DNA from: Octopus vulgaris
Lineage: Eukaryota
NCBI GenBank assembly: GCA_951406725.2
Contig: OX597828.1
Coordinates: 37,262,001 to 37,326,000 of the forward strand
DNA length: 64,000 nt
Direction: 5' to 3'
Part shown: positions 55,761-64,000 of the stretch, piece by piece
Position numbering within the stretch: the stretch's first letter is position 1
Layout: each line of letters opens with the position of its first letter
Made by a program: the position numbers and the translations under genes
The notes under the pieces: model-generated
Seen by the model: only the letters and a program-made list of their open reading frames with translations
Databases searched by the model: none
Told to the model about the DNA's origin: nothing

Positions 55761-56532
55761 TATTAGTAAATATAATTTTCAAAGAGCAATGGTAGTCTCA
55801 AAAACAGAGGGGATGGCCACGGTTAGAATGTCTTTCCTTCGAGACCTGTTCGATCATGGTTACCTTAGCGTTAAGTCAGCAAGGAAAGCATAAGTCGTAA
55901 AAAGACAGTAGACGCAATCAACCCTGCCTAGAGCTTCGCTGTATAACAACAGCTGTAAGGTATTTCATTTAGAATATATTATATTTTTCTGGTATTATGC
56001 AAGTGAATTATATAGCTGTTTCATTAGTTGTGTTCATGTTTGGACCTAATGAACCAGTCACGTAGTGAAAGTCAGCTATTGCCTGATTGGATGTTTCTCT
56101 GTAAATATAATTCTAACGACGTGACGTTTACGAAGGGAACAATATTTATGTTAGCATCACATTTTCCTAAAATAGCAATACCTCTATATGATTGGTTTTT
56201 ATAATGCAGAGGTGGGGGTCGGGAGAGATAGAGAGATAGAGAGAGAGGTAGAAGAAGAGAAAGAGTGAGAGAGAGGAACACACACTCATACTCACATTCA
56301 CAAACACAGTCACACACAAGTGCACGTTTACACACAAGCACATACAGACACGTGCACACGTATTTTGAATGTGTATGTGTGTGTACGTGCTCTGAGTGCT
56401 TATATATACATACATACACACACACACATATATGTATATACAAACAAATATGTACACACATGTGTATATATATGTACATATATATGCATACACACACACA
56501 TATATATACATACAAACATACATATGCAAATA

Positions 56533-56599
<67 letters not shown>

Positions 56600-57089
56600 G
56601 TGTGTATGATAGTGTGTGCATATACACACACATCTGTATATGCGTGTCCGTGTGCATATAATTGGCATTGCCTCAAACCAACGGTTCTACTCACTGTGAT
56701 GTCAGACGAATACTAGTTAGACAAAACAAAGCTTCCTCTATTTCTATTCTTATTTCTAACGAATAATACGCACACACACATACACACACATACACACACA
56801 CACGCACACATCAGCGCGCGCATGCATACATGCTCACACTGCCCACGCTGTCTCACACACACATATATATATTTACATAAAACAGTAAGTAAAATGTGCT
56901 TAATAGTCGCACCTCTGAGACAAAGGAGATTATACATGGCTTAATTGTAGAACAAAAATATGTTGTGACAAATGAGTGCTTCAATGCTTGACTACTGCCT
57001 TTTTCGTCCTAGTCACTTGGGGATCATAGCAGTGAAGATGTTCAAACTCCCACAACTGTTAGGCATTAGATGTAACCCTAACGTGGAAG

Positions 57090-57900
57090 CCTAACGGGGA
57101 AAGAGTATACATCCACAACAGCTCAAACCTTCCTCCAAAGCTGTAATAAGAAACCTGGTTCCAAGCATTAGCAAAACGACTGTGTAATCTCTCGGCTAAT
57201 AGATCTTTACACGGCCGCCCCGCACTACAACGATGTTTTAGCCAGGAGAGGTTTTACTGTGAATTTCACGTATGTGGACAACCCCCAAACACACTCTCCT
57301 CACCCCAAAAGGATTACGAAAAGGAAATTAAATGGTATAAACCCCTTTGAATCTAGAAATTTCCACCAACGTACCTAGGGGATTGCTCTTGTTATTTACG
57401 AAGCACTTCCCTAGAGGCCACAAGTATTTCAAACTCTTCAACCTCCATAATGTCAAGGTGAGCTACTCCTGCTTAGAAAACATCGCATCTAACATCGCAC
57501 GCATCAACAGACGTAAAAATGCACCTGCACCACCCGAACCCCAACCTGAAACTGCCGAAATTCCTCCATGTACCCTCTAGAAGGGTCCAGCTTCTCAAGG
57601 GCCGTAGTATACAAAGCCACCCTTACTCCATTCTTACTCACAGCATATGCACTCGTTCAGATCAAAGGACAGAGAGAACACTGCTTCTCGGTTTCTTTTT
57701 CTCTGGAGACTCTGTGACCTCCGAGACCAAACACCTAGCATTAAGTGGACAATTGTCGACAGAGCGGAACCATAATCACACGACTCCCCACTACTGCCAG
57801 CTCTGTCCCTCTGAAAAACTGCATATCCTCCAACAACCCACAGTGTCTATAAACAAGAAATGTGACTTAATGATGTCCCCAGTGTCTAACCTTCTGGTAA
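57090..57900 (+). mobile_element. Decayed Penelope-like element (RT thumb, linker, GIY-YIG region)
   Basis: Frameshifted peptides YIHNSSNLPP..IRNLVPSISKRL.NLS, AAPHYNDVLARRGF, STNV..LLL.TKHFPRGHKYFKLFNLHNVKVSYSCLENI, VVYKATL and CQLCPSEKLHIL...INKK. These are typical of invertebrate PLE ORFs. Confidence 0.8.
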
Positions 57901-58749
57901 ATTTTAAGTTTCTGACTGCCGACAACCCGAATATACCACCTGCTGCTCTGCCCCTGCCGCATTAAGGTTATCGTACCAACCAACCGCACGAGCAATCCCC
58001 AATGCTCACCAATTCCCAACGCTTACCAATCCCCAACGCTTGTTATGCGCATGGATACTCATGCATGCGTGCGTAAAAGTACGCATGTTCACACAGATGC
58101 GTGTGCGCGCACACACTAATTCGCATGCGTACATGCATGCATACATATATACATATGTACATATAAATGAATACGCATGTATGTGTGTGCGTACATGTGT
58201 ATGCATGTGTGTGTAAGCCTGTGTGTGTGTATGTGTTTGACGCGCGCGCATGCCCGTTCATATATGCGCGTATGTGCGTGTGTGAGTGTACGCGTGGGCG
58301 TGCGCGTGCGCGCCCATGTACAGCTACGCACGCTCGGATCAATACAGACATGCACACAAAACCATATGAGCACGTTCACATACCCACATATATAACTATA
58401 TATTTGCACATACCGCCTTTCCTCCAACAACTCGACGAATTTCCTGTCCACCCCACAGTCGATTTCCTATCCACCACGCGGTTGATTTCCTATTCATCAA
58501 GCAGTATTTTCTGACTGACTGTTGTCGTTGATATGCTGAGATACTGATATACCGATATACCAACATCAAGCCAAAACACAGCGTGACCTTCCTCGACCAA
58601 TCACAATTCACCTTACAGGAATAACAAACAATTTCTTTAATTTAAAATGGTTGAAGACTAGCATCACGCTTGAAACTCGGAGTGCCAACGAATTAGAATC
58701 AAACAGTTTTTTCCATTCATCCATCCATCTATACAAACACATGTGTATA

Positions 58750-58816
<67 letters not shown>

Positions 58817-59385
58817 CTGTGTCTTTGTACGGATGTGTGCATATTTATAATTTAGTTATGAGGATTCTATAGTATCAAGGCATGTCAATCTGTAAGACGC
58901 CAGAAATGGCTAGATGGCATACCATAGAGCAAGCTGAGAAATAAATATGAACATTGAAAACATCAAGTGTACGTAGGATAGCGTGGATATGCAAATAACA
59001 TATCAAATGTACAATCAAAGATCCGATTCAACATTGCTTCCTTGTCATGGCATACAACATTTGTATTTACTTATATATATGTATATGTATATCTCTCTCT
59101 CTCTATATATATATGTGTGCATATATATATATATATATATACATGTATGTATATATATATCTATATATGTATATATATATGTATGTATGTATATATGTAT
59201 ATATATATATATATGTATGTATATATATATATATCAATATATGTATATAATATATATGTATATATATATATGTATGTATATATATATGTATATATATATA
59301 TGTAAGTATATATATATATGCATATATGTATATTGAGATTTATTATTGCAATTTATATATATATATATATATATGTATGTATGCA

Positions 59386-59457
<72 letters not shown>

Positions 59458-59748
59458 TGTGGGGGGGGATACACATACACATACACATATACAATGCATA
59501 CCCTCCGGTACTATGAGATGTTACGATTGATATGATAAGAAAGATTTCGTAAACTTCACGTAATATTATTAAATTCCGTTTGCAAGATTACATTATACCT
59601 ATGCACATCGTCATATAATTATGTTAATGCAAATATAAAAAAGTTAGCTCATTGTATAACAGGAATCTACACTTTACACTACTCCATCTCTCTCTCTCAC
59701 TCACTCTCTCTCCACGTATGCGCATGCACACACAAATGTATATGTATA

Positions 59749-59829
<81 letters not shown>

Positions 59830-59940
59830 ATGCGTATATATATAAATATATATATATACATACATATTCATGCACACACACACAAATATATCAGTATGTG
59901 AATAGATATACGCGTATTTACATACATGTACATATAGTTA

Positions 59941-60062
<122 letters not shown>

Positions 60063-60081
60063 CACACACATAGATACTAAC

Positions 60082-60505
60082 CGCGGCTGCGTGGTAAGAA
60101 GCTTCTTTCCCAACCGCATGGTTCTGGGGTCAGTCCCACAGCGTGGTATCTTGGGTAAGTATCTTCTACTACAGCCTCGAGCCAACGAAAGCCTTGTGAG
60201 TGGATTTGGTAGACGGAAAATAAATGAAGCCCGACGTATATATATATATATGTGTGTGTGTGCGTGTATGTGTGTGTGTGCGTGTGTGTGGGTGTGTGTG
60301 TTTGCGTGACTGTGATTGTCCTCCCACCATCGGTTGACAACCGATGTTGGTGTGTTTATGTCTCCGTAACGAGGGCATTCGGCAAAAGAGCCCGATAGAA
60401 TAAGTTCTAGGCTTACAAAGAATAAGTCCCGGGGTCGATCCGTTCGACTAAGGGCGGTGCTCCAGCATGGCCGCAGTAATATGACCGAAGCAAGTAAAAG
60501 AATGA
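60082..60505 (+). mobile_element. SINE family A
   Basis: Colinear with 8367-8777. Confidence 0.9.
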
Positions 60506-61044
60506 AAAAAATATACATATGTATGTGTATATGTGTATAAGTATATACATACATGTGTTTATTAAAGAGGGAGTGAACGGAGAGAGAGAAAGAGAGAGGA
60601 AGAGTGAGGGAGAGAAGAAATATAAAGATGCGGAGAGATAGAAAAAGGGAGAGGAGGCGGGGATGATTGCTTCTCAGTTGAAGTTTGATCTACATATTTG
60701 GGAATTTTTGAAGCCTTTGGTTTGCATGTTTGTTCAGCATCAAAATTCGCGATAATCCAACATAATCTAATGATTTCGGATAAAACAAAACGTGACTTTT
60801 GAGATTAGACCAATCGCCAAACACTCGTCGAGAGTGCAGATAATCTAACTGCATGGTGATTTAATAAATACGTCCTAAATAAATTACTGAACTTCCAGTT
60901 TATTATCAGTTTCGCGTTGTGACGTCGTAAACTAACGCAAGCTAATATTTGTTTTATTGGGAGCTCGCGAGTGTTAGCGAATATGAGTCGTTACTTGAGT
61001 TCGTGAATAAGCACGCGCGCCCGCCTTTGTGTTTGAGTGCTTGT

Positions 61045-61082
<38 letters not shown>

Positions 61083-61109
61083 TACCCACACACACATATA
61101 TTTATACAG

Positions 61110-61342
61110 AGGCGGCGAGCTGGCAGAAACGTTGGCGTGTCGGGCGAAATGCTTAGCGGTATTTCGTCTGTCGTTACGTTGTGAGTTCAAATTCCGCCGA
61201 AGTCGACTTTGCCTTTCAACCTTTCGGGGTCGATAAATAAAGCGCCAGTTTCGCACTGGGGTCGATGTAATCGACTTAATCCCTATGTCTGTCCTTGTTT
61301 GTCCCTTCTATGTTTAGCCCCTTGTGGGCAGTAAAGAAATAT
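61110..61342 (+). mobile_element. SINE family B, full length (tRNA head, Meta/MESC-like central domain)
   Basis: Head GGCGGCGAGCTGGCAGAAACG, GAGTTCAAATTCC B-box, GTCGACTTTGCCTTTCA.CCTTTCGGGGTCGATAAA domain, and TAAAGAAATA tail. Confidence 0.9.
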
Positions 61343-61968
61343 ATATTTATATAAAGTTGGATATATTTAATTAGATGAAACCATCTCTTGAAGGGTTGGT
61401 TTCATCCAAGGAAATACTGGTTCAATACCAGGTATTTTGGGGGAATGAATTTCTTGAAAATTATAAGTATATATAAAAGCATGTAGTTTATATTTATTTA
61501 AAGAGAAAATAGAGATTGGAAGTTAATAATTGTTTATTACTAACAACAAATTGGTCATCTTCACTTACAGCCGTTTCAATTAATACTCAATAAACATTAA
61601 ATTTACATCAACGTAACATGAGCACAATACCACCAGAGGAAAAATATGTACATTTGGATGTTATATCTGTGCTTATGAATTCATTATAGCAGACTGAATG
61701 TTATAGCTTAGAATTTATATTGTTATATGCTCTGACGAGGTGTTTACAGTTTGATTACGGATAAAGTAAAAAGGGGTAAATAAAATTAAAACAAAAAATA
61801 AAGTGAATAGAGATGAAAGAGGAATATTAAATAAAATTAAAATAAGTTTATAATTAATAAAAGAATTAAATATTCATTTATCAAGTATGAATAAAATACT
61901 AAACGTTTATTTATGTGCATGCACATATACATACATACATGTATATATATATATACATATATATATAC

Positions 61969-62017
<49 letters not shown>

Positions 62018-62113
62018 CATACATACATATATACATACATATGTGTACATACAAACATATATATATGTGTATGTTTGTGTGCTTGTGTTTGTTCCTCCAC
62101 CATCGCTTATTAT

Positions 62114-62137
62114 TCTGAGTTCGATTCCAAGCAGTGA

Positions 62138-62203
<66 letters not shown>

Positions 62204-62250
62204 TAATAATAGTAATATAAATAATAATAATAATAATAATAAAAATAATA

Positions 62251-62316
<66 letters not shown>

Positions 62317-62355
62317 GTAATATAAATAATAATAATAATAATAATAAAAATAATA

Positions 62356-62442
<87 letters not shown>

Positions 62443-62445
62443 GTA

Positions 62446-62520
<75 letters not shown>

Positions 62521-62560
62521 TAATAATAATAGTATTAATAATAATACTACTAATAATAAT
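62114..62560 (+). mobile_element. T-HHR head fragment followed by a ~400-bp expanded (AAT)n
   Basis: CTGAGTTCGATTCCAAGCAGTGACCTGAATAATAAT matches the head/AAT junction of 20414-20778. Confidence 0.75.
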
Positions 62561-62572
62561 GATGATGATGAT

Positions 62573-63118
62573 GACGCAGTACCAGGCAGTGACTCTCATG
62601 GCTCCTGATCTTAACTGATTGGAAGTGTTATCATGTACATTCTTTTGTTTTGGTATAAAAGATGGGCTACAGCAAATATTCAGCTCAATACCACAGATTT
62701 GCTTGTCAGTTGTCCGACCGTAACCAGTTGAGCATGTCCCTTTGTGTCTGATGATATGTGCATCTCTGATCACGAGCAGAAGTAGTGGGGGAGCATCATA
62801 GCTGTGTGTTGAAAGGAATTGTTGGAGGTTTGGTTAATTCACCTTTGGAAGCATAGGTGTTTCGTTCAACATCCTTAAACAACCCTTATTCCAGGACCTT
62901 TTGAGCAGGGTGGGCTACTAGACCTGAAGATGATTCTAACTGGGCCCCACCTGCAAGATTATGTTTATCTTGATATGAAATCACCATGTCGTGCACATAT
63001 GGTTATAATGCATGTGCGCAGTGTACCCTTATCTGACGGGTAGTCATGATGGGCATACTGGGTTTCGTATATTTTACCCAGTGTCAATTCGATGGCATGC
63101 ACTGCTCTCTCTCACTCA
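62573..63118. mobile_element. Unclassified ~545-bp insertion within (AAT)n
   Basis: Higher-GC non-coding block flanked on both sides by AAT repeats; single copy here. Confidence 0.35.
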
Positions 63119-63129
63119 ATAACAATAAA

Positions 63130-63177
<48 letters not shown>

Positions 63178-63179
63178 GA

Positions 63180-63375
63180 TTTCAAATTTTAGCTCAAGGC
63201 CAGCAATTTTGGGGAAGTGGGTAGGTCAATTACATTGACCTCAGTGCACAGCTGGTACTTATTTGATCGATTTCTAAAGAATGAAAGGCAAAGTCGACTT
63301 CGGCAGAATTTGAACTCAGAACACGTTAAGACGGACGAAATGCTGCTAAGTGTGGCAACGTTTCTGTCAGTTCAC
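63180..63375 (-). mobile_element. SINE family B, diverged
   Basis: ATGAAAGGCAAAGTCGACTTCGGCAGAATTTGAACTCAGAAC. Confidence 0.8.
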
Positions 63376-63377
63376 CT

Positions 63378-63508
<131 letters not shown>

Positions 63509-64000
63509 ATGTTTCTCATGCACACAAAAATAAAAAAGCATGAAATAATTTTGTTAATGCTTCGTTTAGCTTTAATCTGTGAATAACTACAGCAAAACTT
63601 TTGTTTCATTTATGAATTACATATCTTCCGAAATCATAAATTTGATAACGTTGTTGTAGCAGAGATAATGCTACATTAAGCTTTAGTTGTTCACAAAATA
63701 TTGCTACCAAAATTGTAAAGATTAATATTAAATATTTTAGACTGCTGTCTCTATCTAATTCGTCCCATTTTGTAACCACATAAGATGTCCATTAAATAAT
63801 TTATGTCTTTCGAAACCGGTCGTTTATTATGCAATGGTATTTACAGCTAATGATTTTGTTTCTGCAGATTATATCAGGTTGACTGCAAATTGTTTGAAGT
63901 TAATATTTAATCAACATAAATAATCTTTCAGAAATAGAGAAAGATCTTCTTAGGCAAATCTATAAAACTGCATCTGGTTTCTCAAAATTAACAATATCAG

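Noticed and set aside
61555-61620. Hammerhead (minus-strand GAAACGGCTGTA)
   Set aside because: Only the stem III half is present; the core was not found.

Overview
AT-rich, intergenic- or intron-like eukaryotic DNA, saturated with microsatellites ((TA)n, (CA)n, (TATC)n, (AAT)n, (TTCT)n). The SINE families and simple-repeat load resemble an Octopus (cephalopod) genome; this is my inference. I found no intact host gene, and almost every ORF in the track is a simple-repeat artefact. The recognisable content is mobile DNA: two abundant tRNA-derived SINE families plus minor ones, a non-autonomous Helitron, mariner/pogo MITEs, decayed Tc1/mariner, CR1-type and Penelope-like (PLE) fragments, and an L1/Tx1-type LINE inserted three times in one (TATC)n tract. 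The most notable signal is about 16 hand-foldable minimal type-I hammerhead ribozyme (HHR) motifs from about 8 unrelated short families. Most sit in (TA)n, several have fold-back (inverted) ends, and several have non-canonical cores. Two architectures stand out. One is a tRNA-headed SINE-like element with an internal (AAT)n and a hammerhead, found twice as head-to-head inverted pairs. The other is a non-coding 566-bp-period partial tandem with two hammerheads, a retrozyme/circRNA candidate. All ribozyme calls are manual folds and were not validated computationally or experimentally.
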